Assembly: GCA_021613535.1 (NCBI GenBank)
Contig: CP075494.1
Coordinates: 496,001 to 560,000 of the forward strand
Length of the DNA stretch: 64,000 nucleotides
Origin: Adineta vaga
Lineage: Eukaryota > Animalia > Rotifera
Direction: 5' to 3'
Within the stretch, counting starts at the first letter, position 1. The number at the start of each line of letters is the position of its first letter. Positions 49,101-62,999 of the stretch are shown one piece after another. The notes beneath the pieces are model-generated. The model was not told the origin of the DNA and searched no databases. It worked only from the letters and a program-made list of their open reading frames with translations. The position numbers and the translations under genes were made by a program.

Positions 49101-52100
49101 AAACTTTTAATATATCATTTTGAATCTTTGAAAAGAAAGGTATAGTTACAAATAAACATTTAAACAAAAGATTCGAATTAACACTTGCAGATTCTTATCG
49201 GATATATTTATTTCCGAAAGTAAATAGCTACATTTAGGCGAAAACAAGATGTTTGTTATCAATACCACTTTGTTTTCTAATATTTAGTTATTTTCTTTAA
49301 AAATAAGAATTTCTTAAATTAGTTATTTTTTTAAAACTGTTCTTTCTCTAATCCGTATCCCCTTTCTTTGAGATTCAGATTTTTCAAAATAATTGAGACA
49401 TTGGTTTTATTCATTCTCATTCTTAAATTTTATCTATCTGTCTTTTATTTTTTCTAGTTACTTCTTCTAAACAATTACAATTTTGTCCAACAGCAGCTTG
49501 GAATAGAAATGCAATTACTATTGCTAATCAATCAATAGTCGGTAGATATCCTGGAGCCATCTTTATCAATGCATATAATACAATATTTGTTGCCAATCAA
49601 GAGGCAAAACAGATCTTGATATGGAATGAAAATAGCACTATACCAACTAAGACACTTTCAGGCAACTTCCAGAATCCTGGCTCTATCTTCGTTACACAAA
49701 ATGGTGATATTTATATCGACGATGGTCTCAAGAATGGTCGAGTACAAAGATGGATCGCAAGTAATAATACATTTGTCACTGTCTTGAAGGTTTACTCGGC
49801 GTGTCATGGTCTCTTTATTGATCTCGACAACAATTTGTACTGCTCGATAAATATTATGCATCAAGTTGTGAAAAAGTCATTAGATGATCCTGTAATGGAA
49901 CCGATTCCAGTTGCTGGAACAGGTGATGACGGATCTGCATCGAGGGAGCTCAATAGTCCTGGTGGAATATTTGTTGATGTTAACTTTGCTTTATATGTGA
50001 CCGATTGTGGCAATGATCGAGTTCAGTTATTTCCATTAGGAGACTCAGATGGAATCACAGTCGCTGGTGAAACTTCAGCAAGTCGAACAATTGTACTCAA
50101 TTGCCCTAGCGCAGTTGTGTTAGATGCTGACAAATATTTATTTATTGCAGATCTCTTGAATCATCGTATTGTTGGTGAAGGAGCATATGGCTTTCGTTGT
50201 TTAGTTGGATGTTATGGGGGTGGCTCGCAAATGGATCAATTAGGCTCTCCTTATTCTTTTAGTTTCGATCGTTCTGGTAATATGTTTGTCAGTGATCAAC
50301 TGAATAGTCGAATTCAAAAGTTTGCGTTGTTGGAAAGTTCTTGTGGTAAGTTGAAAATAGTCGAAGAATTCCAATAGTTTGAAGACAGAAGAAAGAGATA
50401 GACTGGATTTCTATTTTTGTTATATATTTGTGAAGACTTTTAATAAATTCTAAAATAAAAGAGAAATGCAAGAAATATGACAATATAAGACGTATATTAA
50501 TCAGATGGATTAACAAAAAACACGAAAAACGAGAGATAAAATCTTGATTGTACAAAAAGATTTGAGAAGTAGTGTAATAAGAGTTAAATATTAGTTTATA
50601 CGTATAATATTGAACACATATGTACATTCAAATGAAGGAATTAAAATTACAGGTTAATAGACAATTATGAACAAGACTGATGAAGCGTGTCAGTCTTTGT
50701 TGGCTTCATATATGAGCAACGAAAGGGACATCAGCGAAAGAAGACGAAAGAAAGAGAGAATAGAGAAAAAGTGACCTTCGTGGGAGTCGAACCCACATCT
50801 TCTGCTATCCGGGCAGATGTCCTAGACCAGTTAGACTAGAAGGACCATCTTAATCTCAAGCTTAGCGTTGTGTGATTCACACAAACGCTAACAGTCTTCT
50901 ATCGATTCTGATCTTAATTTCAAATTTTTAATTTTGAAATAACTTAGGTTTCGACTATTTATATTTCTACTGAGCAATTGAGTATGTCGAATGTTAAAGA
51001 AGTGAAATACTAATTAAATTTTTATAAATTTTATTTTTATATTCTTTCTTTTATCTTCAGATATCGTACCTAATCAACCCAAGTTTTGTTCAACAGCTGT
51101 TTGGCATCGCAATGGATCTACATTTGCAAATGAAACAACACTGGGATCTAAGCCTCGCACTATTGCGATCGATGCGAAGGATTCCGTTTATTTTATTCAT
51201 TCAGAAAGAAATGAGCTTTTGGTATGGTGCAATGATAGTATCAATCCAATAAAAAACATTTCTGGTAACTTCTCCAATCCATCATCCATTTTCGTCACAA
51301 CAAATGGTGATGTTTATATTGATAATGGTCAATTGAATAGTCAAGTCGTTCAATGGACACCAAATACTTTTAAATTTACCACTGCTATGGATGTTTTCTC
51401 AGCATGCTTGTGTCTCTTTATCGATATTAATTATGATCTCTACTGTTCAATGCATGATCGTCATCGGATTGCGAGAAGGCCGCTATTGGATCGTTTTATG
51501 TCGGTGAACATTGTTGCTGGAACAGGTAGCGAAGGATCCAGTTCGGATGAACTTAATCATCCTAAAGGTATCTTCGTTGACGTAAAATTCAATTTATATG
51601 TAGCAGATTGTGGAAATAATCGAATTCAAGTATTTAAACCAGAGCAGTCGGATGGTATTACAATTGCAGGTGGTAGTTTATCAAGTCAAACAGTTACTCT
51701 TAATTGTCCAAGTGGAATCGCATTAGATGCTCAGAAATATCTATTTATTGTGGACAGTAGAAATCATCGTATTATCGGTCAAGAACAAGATGGTTTTCGA
51801 TGTTTACTCGGTTGTTATGGACAGGGTACTCATTCTACACAATTATCATTTCCATCAACTCTTACTTTCGATCGTTTTGGTAACATGTTTATTTTAGATC
51901 AAGGAAATAATCGAATTCAAAAATTTCAATATTTAGAAAATACTTGTGGTATGTTTTATGAAAAATCGATAGTATATAAAAGAATAAAGGTGTTAGCTCG
52001 TAAAAAAGTAGGATGTAAGTGTGGATATAGAGAGACGACTCCTTCACCCACACTCTTCCACATTAGATTGAATTCTAACTTTTGAATATAATTCAAACAA

Positions 52101-54196
52101 ATTGTGTACTTTGTAAATAATTGATTTTATTTTTGTATTTTATAGATACATCATCGATTACTGACACACAATATCCATCTGCACTGAAAACCACAAGTGA
52201 AATGTATTTTCGACATTGTAACTTCGAAAAATTTTATTATGAAGCTCTTGAGATCTCTGTATCAGAGATCTATTCTTACAATATACTAAGTAGTAGCAAT
52301 GACAAAATTAATTTATATGGTTATATCTATGAAAATAATTTCAATCCACTTGCTCCACTTGAAAATTTACTTGCAGAAAATAATGATATTAGTGAAACTA
52401 ACCATCAATTTAAACTTAGAGTTCCTCTTTACGTCAACATTACGTATATTTTAGTAGTAACAACAAATTCTCCTGAAGATATTGGTGAATTTAAACTCAA
52501 TTTCATCGGCTGGAAAAATATCAATATCACGCGTCAAAGTAAGTGAATATATCTTCTTAATTGATGCCATCAATGTAAAATATAGTCAAACAAGTAGAAT
52601 TTTTTCTTATTCAAAGTAAAATGTTCATAATAACTTCTGAATATTCTTTCTTTGATTATTTAAATAGTAATACCACTCAACAATCGTTTAAATTATTCAT
52701 CAGAGTTCACTTTTACTAGTACAATGTATTATCGTGATTGTCGAATACCAAAATGTTACTATGAAACATTAGAAATCAATGTAATTACAACAGGTATATA
52801 TGTTTTATGGAGTGAGAGTAATATGGATATGTATGGATACATTTACAAAGATGATTTTGATTCGTTAAAAACATCAGAGAATTTACACTTAGAACATAAT
52901 GGAACATGTAATGAATATCAATTTAAATTTATTACTAATCTTAACAATTATACAAAATATATATTGGTTATAACAACATATTATCCATATACTATGGGAA
53001 AGTTCTCTATTTTTATATCCGGTCCGAATAATGTTAGTCTTAATCGTTTTTGTGAGTATCTCTATAGTTTTTTTAATTAATATAAACATATTTTCAACTT
53101 GTATATGAACTCTTTAGATCCAAAATTTGGTAGTTGTATTGGTGGTGATCAATGTAATTTTTATGTGAAAAGTGTTGGTTTGACGTTGGATGATATTTTG
53201 CATGATGAACTTCGTTCAAATAAACCTTTGAATGATCAATCCATCTCTATTAAATTAAGTGCAGCTCTAACAATAATTATGTTCGTTGCAGGTTTAATTA
53301 ATAGTATTCTTTCTTTTCTTACATTTCAAAATAAAGATGCACAACAAGTTGGATGTGGATTATATCTTCTAGCATCATCAATAACTTCTCTCTTAACGAT
53401 TATTATGTTTACAATAAAATTTTGGTTTCTTGTTATTACTCGAATTAATGTTTCAATTATTGATCTATCGGTTTTTCAAAGCGGTTGTAAATCTATTGAA
53501 CCTCTTCTCAAACTTTTTCTATATTTCGATAATTGGCTCAATGCTTGTGTTGCTATTGAACGAGCATTTCACGTTTTCAAAGGAATTAATGTTAATCGAG
53601 AGAAGAGTAAAAGTATTGCTCGATGGATTATTCTTATTTTACCATTCTGTATTATGGGTACTCTTATTCATGAACCAATCTTTCGCAAATCCTTTGAATA
53701 TCCATCAGAAATGAAGAGAAATGAATCAAATCAAACATATACAAACAAAACTGATGAAGAAGTAACAACATATCGACCAGTACAATGTATTGTTGAATAT
53801 CCTCGTTCTATTCAAGATTATAATACGATCATTTTATTTTTTCATCTCGTTGTTCCATTTATTGCTAATTTTTGTTCAGCTCTCTTCATCATCTTTGGTG
53901 CTGCTCGACAACGATCAAAAATACAAAAAAATCAAAAATACATAGATCATGTTCGTACACAATTTATTGAACATAAACAAATAATCATTAGTCCTATTGT
54001 TTTACTTACTTTATCATCACCACGTTTAATCATTGCATTACTTCCTGGATGTATTAAAATATCACAAAATTTATGGATATATTTATCAGCTTATTTTATT
54101 TCATTTATTCCATCAGTGCTTATTTTTATGATATTTGTTTATCCTTCAGAAATATACATGAAAGCATTTAAACAGTCGGTAACTATTAGTCGTTGA
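46195..54196 (+). CDS. Second copy of the 3xNHL - 2xPPC-like - 7TM receptor. Exons 46195-46252, 47006-47893, 49458-50345, 51061-51948, 52146-52538, 52668-53051, 53118-54196
   Basis: Same splice sites and intact frames as copy A. Amino-acid differences are concentrated in the first NHL exon. Confidence 0.88.
50688..50893 (-). mobile_element. LTR-like tRNA-containing element, copy B
   Basis: Duplicate of 5700-5905. Confidence 0.55.
50772..50845 (-). tRNA. tRNA-like sequence, copy B (better acceptor stem)
   Basis: Acceptor stem GTCCTTC/GAAGGTC with one mismatch. Same arms as copy A and a TTTTT terminator. Confidence 0.72.
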
Positions 54197-55354
54197 CAAA
54201 CTCATCGACAATAAACGTCGTTTTTACGATACAATATACCGAACTTATTGTCTATAGAGAGGGCATAAAATACTATATCTTGACTTTCTTATTATTTGCT
54301 TATTGTTTGTTCTCATTTTATTTTTAATCATAAATAATCAATTTAACAAAAATGAACTCTAAAATCGGACATCTATCTTGAGGATGTGAGTGACGGTTTT
54401 ACCACCATTCACACTCACAATCTCTTTTATCAATATCACATACATTTGAATCATTAATCAAAGTTCAAATAACCATACGCATTAAAATTGTTTTTAGATT
54501 TCTTTCACTTTTTCTAACTTAGATAGAATATTTTAAGATCCTTTTAGTTTCCAATTTATTATAAATTCTTTGTTCCATTCTTATGTTTTGATTTCTTTTA
54601 TTCATATTTGTTATTATTGCTCGTCATTTTTATATTCATATGGTTGACTTTCTTCATCGAAATAGAAAATTGAGAAAAATAAAATGGGGGTGGATGGGTA
54701 TGGGATTGATGAATAAATATACAACACTCTGAATCTTTTTTTGTTCAAAGGGATCTCGACATTTTTTTATTGGTATCCGTTGATTAGAACATCTGGGAAT
54801 ACAATTCAACTAGCTTGAGACTCATATACATAGGGCTGGTGAATCATTTTGTTAGCCTCAGTATAACACAGTGTTACGCTTCTCAATCTTGGAAATTTTA
54901 TCATAATTAGTGTGAGTAAGAGTCATCATTATGCAATAGCTTTGAAACTCTTCCATGTAATAACTACGTCAATAAGATGATATGATCAATTGGCCAAATT
55001 ACATTCAGCTTGTACTACAAACATGAACCATTTTTATGGAACTGCATAGCAGTTTTCCAGCGATATCAGTCTCACTAAATACATAAAGGTATTACCTAAC
55101 GTTTGTATACAACTCCACAATAACAGCTCGGAAAATTTTGAAAATATCCCGAAACAAAGTCTATGTAATAAACGGCAATTGTTTTTATACTCCACTGTAT
55201 ATCATATCATCGCAGTCTTGAACTCGAATAGCTTCGTAATAAAATGCAATACCCTCTGTTTGATTTTATGTATTTGTAAAGATGCAAGATTTCATTCAAA
55301 TCTTTTCGATTCTTTCTTTCATTATCGCATGACAGAAACAACATTTGTCTGTCG

Positions 55355-55408
55355 TCTTGAGGGTGTTGGATTAGTATTCATGTTCACCCCACACCCACAC
55401 CCTCAAGA
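55355..55408. repeat. Telomeric-repeat palindrome
   Basis: Perfect 12-nt inverted repeat TCTTGAGGGTGT / ACACCCTCAAGA. Confidence 0.9.
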
Positions 55409-56069
55409 TGGCGAAACTATTATTCCATACGTGGATAATAATTTGATGGCGAAAGATTTTCAAGGAAAAGTTATTATCTCATCAGCAAAAATTGCTGCAT
55501 ATAAAGATCGTTACTTTTTTACATTTGATGAAGAAGTTAATGATTAGTTTGATGTTATAAGTATGCTTTCTCGTTTAACAACAAATGGTATCTATTCAAC
55601 TGTTATGAGTAGTTGTTTACCAAACTTTTTTGATTCTACTCTACAAGCTAGTATTACAGGAAGAGCAACAAGTAAAAGTAGTCTAACGATTATATGGACT
55701 GTTGATTCAGATCCATCAATGAAATATTATATTAATATGGGTGTTCATGGAATATTGACAAATCGAGTTGCAACATTGAAAAATGTAGCTAATTCAATGG
55801 ATTAAACTTTAGCTGATCCTTCTTCTGCTATTCCTACTTCAACAAAGAATCTTCCATCACCAAATAAATGTAGTTGTGAATATGAAAATAATGGTTGTTC
55901 AATTTCTTTTCCTGCACCACTTCAAAAAGCATGTAAATGTACAAAAGTTGCTGTATTTCCATCATGTATTGGTACTGTTGTATCTTGTGATCAATTTCAA
56001 CCTAAATGTATTCCATATGATGCATCTAAAGAAGCTTGTCAACTAGCTAACGGCAATTGTCATGGTTAA
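55409..56069 (+). pseudogene. 5'-truncated GDPD-like sphingomyelinase D / phospholipase D pseudogene with a Cys-rich C-terminal domain
   Basis: WTVD...M..YI..GVHGILTNR, then CSCEYENNGCSISFPAP..KACKC...C.G.VV.C...ACQLANGNC. Two in-frame stops (about 55545 and 55803). Confidence 0.75.
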
Positions 56070-56352
56070 TATTGAATAAAGAATAAAAAAATTCTATTAT
56101 TGCAAACATTTTTTTCTCTATGAAAATAAAATAAATGAGCGAGTTAATTATTGTTTAATTACTTTACATTCTTCTTCTTCTTCTCTTCTTTCTCATCAAA
56201 TTTTTCTTGAAACAATATGCAAAATTCGGGCAACCAAACAACCAATAGAAAAAAATCTGATAAAATAAAGTTTTTCAAGGACTAGAAAGTTATTATAAAA
56301 TATAACTAAGAAAAACATATTTTACATTACGTTGTGTTATTTTTCCGTCGAT

Positions 56353-59300
56353 AGTAAGTATTATTTCAAAAAGATATTGTACTAACAACTTTTTTCTTAT
56401 ATTTTAGTGAGAAATATTCCTCGACGAATATCTACATTGTTGGAAAAATTAAAAAAATTCTTAGAAAATCTTAATTTATTCCCATCTGTACCATCATCGA
56501 CTGATGAACATCAACTTCGAAATGAAATTATTTCAACACGATTATTTATTTTTTTATTATGTATTTCTTTAACAATTCTTATTTTATACACATCATTAGT
56601 TACCATTATAAAAACTATCAGTATTCCAACACCTTCTTATATTGATTATTTACAATTATATTCCAGATATTCACAAACATTATCATGTCCATGTCAAACA
56701 ATTTCAATTAATTATGGAGAATTAGTTCATATTAATTATACATTACATGAAATATGTAGTAGTATTTTCGTAAGTAATCAATGGATTAGGTATTTTCATG
56801 AACTACCTCATGGACTGGTCTTAAATTTCCGCGACTTTCGTATGACAGGTGTTTATTTATTTCAAGCTTTGAATGGATTTTGTCAATTAATTAATACAAT
56901 AATATCGAATAATTTACTTGAATTTTATTCAAATCACTATGTTAGTGCATTTATGACCTCCTTCAATGTTTTACAATGGCAAATTTCAGCATCAATTGAT
57001 CAAGTTAAATCATCAATGATAAATACATTTTTAGTTTCTCTTTCATTAATTCAAATGACAAGTCAAAGTAACGCTTTGTTATCTGGACAATCGTTTAATT
57101 ATTATATGATTAAAGTTCAAGGAGGACATATTGGTGCACTACCACATAGCTTCGGTAACTGTTCTTGTCATACATTCGGTGAATGTACTGAACAGTCATC
57201 AATTATCAATGGTAGCAAAACAATATTTCTTTTACCAGGTATTTACAGAGGATGTTGGGCAATTGAATCATTATTACAATCTAATCTTCAATGTTTTTAT
57301 AATGAAATGTGTCTAAATGATTTACAGTTTTATATGTTATCAACTTTTCCATTGAATATAACAAGTCTAAATTCATCCTTACTAAATGAATATACGATAA
57401 ATTCAACGATTCGAGATCTTATAAATAATTTAATGCTAGAACAATGGAATTGGAATATAATGTATCATAATTATTATAATCAATGTCAACCAAAAACATG
57501 TACTTACATTATACACACAAGAAATAATCTAATTTATATTATTAATATCATTATTGGATTAATTGGTGGAATGATAACAATTTTAAAATTTCTAGTACCA
57601 CGATTGGTCAAGTTCATACGAAGAGAAAAACGACTACATAGATCGGAGACGGGTAAGAAAAAAAGGCAGTTAAAACGAATTGTATTAAATAGATTATATG
57701 AAGAAATGAAGGAAAACACCCAATAAACCGATAGAAATAATGGCATAAGTAGAATATAGGACATGATTACGCGCTGTCTACTCATCGGACCTATCCGCCC
57801 ATCCAACGGTATTAAATTTATATTTAGATTCTATAGATTCTTAAAAATAATTTATTACCTGGAATGGAGAGGCTTCTATTAGATTATAAGAGTTAATAAG
57901 ATGCATCTGCCTAGTTCGGTATTGAAACACTCAAAATAATCAAATATGCAAAAAATAAATTATCAATAGGTGGGAACACTAAAGGCAACTAATATCTCTC
58001 TAATTTTTTTACTAAGGAACAGCCACGGCACTACCATTATTAACAATGAAAATAAATCTTGAAATTTGTTTTCTAATTAGATCTTAATTAACTCATTTGT
58101 CTTCTCTTTATAGAAAGAACACGATGTGAAATATTATCAAAATATGTTCAAAAATCAAAAAAACAGATATTGATATTAAATATATTTAAATCTCTACCAC
58201 CTACAACAGATCAACATCAAATTCGAAATGAAATTATTTCAACACGATTATTTATTTTTTTATTATGTATTTCTTTAACAATTCTTATTTTATACACATC
58301 ATTAGTTACCATTATAAAAACTATCAGTATTCCAACACCTTCTTATATTGATTATTTACAATTATATTCCAGATATCCACAAACATTATCATGTCCATGT
58401 CAAACAATTTCAATTAATTATGGAGAATTAGTTCATATTAATTATACATTACATGAAATATGCAGTAGTATTTTCGTAAGTAATCAATGGATTAATTATC
58501 TTGATTCAATATCTAAAAACGTAAGATACTATCGTCGAGATTTTCGGGTAACCGGTACATATTTATTTCAAGCTTTACGTGGATTGTGTCATTCAATCAA
58601 TGAAACAATCTTAGGAGGTTTAGTTCGATTTAATTCTAGTCAATATATTAGTGGATCTGTAACATCTAAAGATTTATTTCAATCACAAATTTCAGCAACA
58701 GTTAATCAATTTAAATCATCAATGATGAATAATTTTCTCTTGATACTTTCATTAATTCGAGAAACAACTCAAAGCAACGCATTAATGTCGGCAATCTATT
58801 CAAATTATGTTCCTTTAGCAGTAATCAATAGTTCTCTCATAAATACATCACCGCAGAAATATTTCAATTGTAGTTGTGTTACTTCGGCAACATGTTTATA
58901 TCCATATTATCTTTATGAAACAGTTTATTATCAAATATATTATTTAATTCAAGGAATGAAATTAGGATGTTTTACGTTTGAAGCATTACTGCAATCTAAT
59001 CTTCGATGTTTTTATGAAGTTTTCTGCATTACAAAATTGCAAATACAAATAGAACAAAGTTCATTGTTTAGTTTAAATGTAACGAATCTTAATACATCGT
59101 TATTGTATGAATCTTTTAAAAATTCAACAATCAAACAACTTCTTAATCAAGTCATGATCGAAAAATGGAATTATACTATAATGCATAAAAATTATTTTAG
59201 TCAATGTCAACCATTAGAATGTTCATATGTAATTGAAACGAGAAATGATATTATTTATATAATTACTACAATTATTGGATTAATTGGTGGTTTAGTTACA

Positions 59301-60705
59301 GTTTTAAAAATTATTGTACCAACAATGATAAAATTTATAAGAAAACGAAAAGAATTAAATCGGCCAGTTATTGGTAAGAGAATTTGTAAAATGAGTATAT
59401 TTTATTTAATTATCAAAATATTTCTTTTCTTTAGTAATGAGTACATATGAAAAATTCATAGAATTATGGAAAAAAATCAAAATTTTTTTAGTAAACTTCA
59501 ATTTATTTAAATCTATCCCACCTTCGACTAATGATTATCAACTTCGAAATGAAATTATTTCAACACGATTATTTATTCTTTTACTATGTATTTCTTTAAC
59601 AATCTCTACTTTGTATACATCATTAATAACTAATATGAAAACTATCAAAATTCTAACACCTTCTTATATTGATTATTTACAATTATATTCAACACATTCA
59701 CAAACATTATCATGTCCATGTCAAACAATTTCAATTAATTATGAAAAGATTGTTTATATTGATTATACATTACATCAATTATGTAGTAGTATTTTTGTAA
59801 GTGATCAATGGATTGATTATCTTAATACAGCATCGCGAGGAATTGAAGTAGATTATCAAGTATTTCCTGCGATAGGTACATATTCATTTCAAGCTTTACG
59901 TGGATTTTGTCAATTAATTAATCAGACAATCTTAGGAGGTTTAGTTCGATTTAATTCTAATCAATATATTAGTGGATCTGTAATATCCAAAGATTTATTT
60001 CAATCACAAATTTCAGCATCAATTGATCATTTTAAATCATCAATGATCAAAGATTTTTTAGTTTTTCTCAATACAATTCGAAGAACAACTCAAGCTAATA
60101 CTTTAGTTTCTGCTGTTCAATCAAACTATTTATTTGAATTTTTAAATGATACAATTCCTGTTTTATCATCTTGGATCACATATGGAAATTGTAGTTGTGC
60201 TTCTACATCTACATGTATCTATCCATTAATTTCATACATATCTGCCGATCTAAAAAGATTTTTCACTATACCAGGTTTCTATCGAGGATGTCATATAATT
60301 GAAGCATTATTACAATCTGATCTTCCATGTTTTTATGATCAAATTTGTATCAATAAAGCAATATATATTTTTCAATTTTTCTCTCCATCATTAAATATAA
60401 TACCTTTGAATTCATCATTATTAAATAAATATTTAATAAATTCAACGATTCAAGAACTTCTTAATGAATTTATGATCGAAGAATGGAATTGGACGGCAGT
60501 ACATAAAGATTATTATAATTATTGTCAACCAACATATTGTACTTATACAATTGAGAAAAGAAATGATTATATTTATATCATTACTACAGTTATTGGATTA
60601 ATTGGTGGTTTAGTTACAGTTTTGAAATTCACCATACCATTAATAGTTAGATTTGTTTCATACTGTATTCGAAAATGGATGATGAAAGTTGTTCCAACTA
60701 CATAA
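56353..60705 (+). CDS. Membrane protein of three tandem 2-TM / Cys-rich ectodomain modules, about 1258 aa. Coding exons 56353, 56408-57652, 58114-59373, 59435-60705
   Basis: Three homologous ORFs (TRLFI.LL..SL, CPC, ICSS.FVS, LLQS.L.CFY, CQP..C.Y, IIGLIGG) are joined in frame by phase-1 GT-AG introns. The ATG is formed across intron 56354-56407. Confidence 0.82.
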
Positions 60706-61146
60706 ATCTCTGAAACTTACGACAATATATATATATATATCAAGCAGAAAATAAAGTGTATTATTGTATTGTACTTGTTGCAATAAGAAAAAAATCTGAC
60801 AATTATTTAATCGATAAACATATATAAGTATATTGATAAATGTTGTTAAACTATTCTTTAGAACTATTCATATCGTTTTTCTCTTTCTATATTTAGAAAT
60901 AAACCTTGTAAAACTAGAAATGTAAACAATGAATTGTTATTATGAAGCAATTCTAAATGAGAAAAATCTGATTTTGTTTCTTTATAATAATTATTTTTTC
61001 CAGTATTTAATTTAGTTTTGAAGAGAAAAGGAAACAACATTTTTCTATGAATAATTTAGCAAAAGAATGTTTTACTAGACAGTAAAAAATACATTTGGAC
61101 TGTTTTTTTCTTCTTCAGATTTGTTTTATTCCAAAAACTAATCAAT

Positions 61147-62549
61147 ATGATCAAATTCTATTCGAAACAATCATATTACTGTATAATATTGTTCATCACG
61201 TAAGTTTTTTTTTCCTATGAGTTATCGAATGAATAGTTTGATTTAATTAGATTTTATATAAATAATTGTTTCATGTTGAATATATGTCCAGGAGCTGTAT
61301 GGGAAAGAAATGCGACTACAGTTGCAGGTTCGTCTGTTGGTACACCGGGAAATAGACCAATAAGACTCAATTGGCCAACTGATATTTATATTGATGATAA
61401 TAATACTATTTATGTATTAGATGCTGATAATTATCGTGTACAACGCTTTTATCAGAATTCAACTACAGGTATAACAGTCGTGAATAGTAGTTATGGTGAT
61501 ACACTCGATAAATTTGCTACAAGTAAATTGATCTTTTCGTCTTTCTTTCTAATCGATATTTCATTGTTTATCTTCTATATTTATTCTAGTGGATGGTATT
61601 AATTTAGATCGAAATGGAAATATTTATATATTAGATAGCGAAAATAATCGTGTTACTAAATGGTTATCTGGTTCTACAAATGGAATAATCGTAGCCGGTG
61701 GTAATGGAGATGGTCCAAATTTGAATCAAATAAATTATCCTTATGGAATGTTTCTTGATTTAGATACATTATTTATTTGGATAGCTGATACAAGTATGAG
61801 TCGAATAGTTCGTTGGGAATCTTCATTAACAGGTATATTTGTTTGTGGAAGTCATGGAACAGAATCTAATCAATTTAAATATCCAACTGGATTATTTGTT
61901 GATACAAGTCAATCAAATACATTGTATGTTGCTGATACAGATAATCATCGGATTCAAATGTGGTTACCAGGAACTAATCAAGGTATAACTGTAGCTGGAC
62001 AAACAGGTAATAATGGAAATAATTTAAATCAACTGAATACACCTGTTGCATTACTTGTGGATACCAATGGATACATGTATATAGTAGATAATGGAAATGA
62101 TCGTATTATGCAATGGATGATTGGTTCAACATCTGGTATAATCATTGCTGGTAGTTCTACGAATGGAATTTTATCAAATCAATTAAGTATTCCATTTAAT
62201 ATTCGATTTGATTCAAATGGAAATCTATATGTTGCTGATACTGATAATTGTCGTATTCAAAAATTTTCTATGTATTGTGGTAAGTCTTTTTTTTATGAAA
62301 TCCAGATTATGATAAATAATATCTTTATAAAATTGAGATCCATCAATAACAAATAGTCCTCGAACAACGTCAAGTAAGTAATAGATTTCTAAAGAAATAA
62401 AGTGAATTTTTCTTTTTCTTTTAGTTACAATACAATCATCTTCAACAACAACAACAACAACAAAAGGATCATCTGCTTCTCATGATTATTATCCAAAATA
62501 TTCATTCTTAATCTTTTGTTTGATGATGATGATGATGATTATTATTTGA
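61147..62549 (+). CDS. NHL-repeat surface protein with a Thr-rich stalk and hydrophobic, probably GPI-type, C-terminus; multi-exon
   Basis: Hydrophobic leader across exons 61147-61199 and 61251 onward. NHL repeats LYVADTDNHRIQ. The final exon has poly-Thr then LIFCLMMMMMIII. Confidence 0.8.
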
Positions 62550-62999
62550 ATAAATAAATAATCTAAGTATATATTCGATTTAATTTATTTCATTATTTAT
62601 TCTATATGTCATATACTGCAGTCCAATCTCAGTAGTATCATATTCATGCTAGAAATCAAAGTAGCAATAGTTACTCGTAGAATTTTAATTTTCACATGAT
62701 TTGTCCAAAAACTAGTTACAATATGTAAATAAAATGATATTTCGATGTTTTCAATTTAATTCATCGATTCTTGTACTTGTTGTTGAATTAGAACAAATCT
62801 CTTTTAACATGTATCTATTTCTTTAAGTATTATTTTTCATAGATATATCATTTATCATATAATATATCTAGAAAGAATGTTGATGAAAAATATTTGATAT
62901 TATGAAAAAAGAATTTCTTTCTATTATTAAGTATCTTTTGTAATTTGAATAAGTAAATAAATAAATTAATGTTCGAAAATTACAAAGATCTGATAAAGA

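Larger units (their letters stand above)
45013..54680 (+). repeat. Segmental duplication copy B
   Basis: Near-identical to 1-9680 except for localised divergent tracts. Confidence 0.97.
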
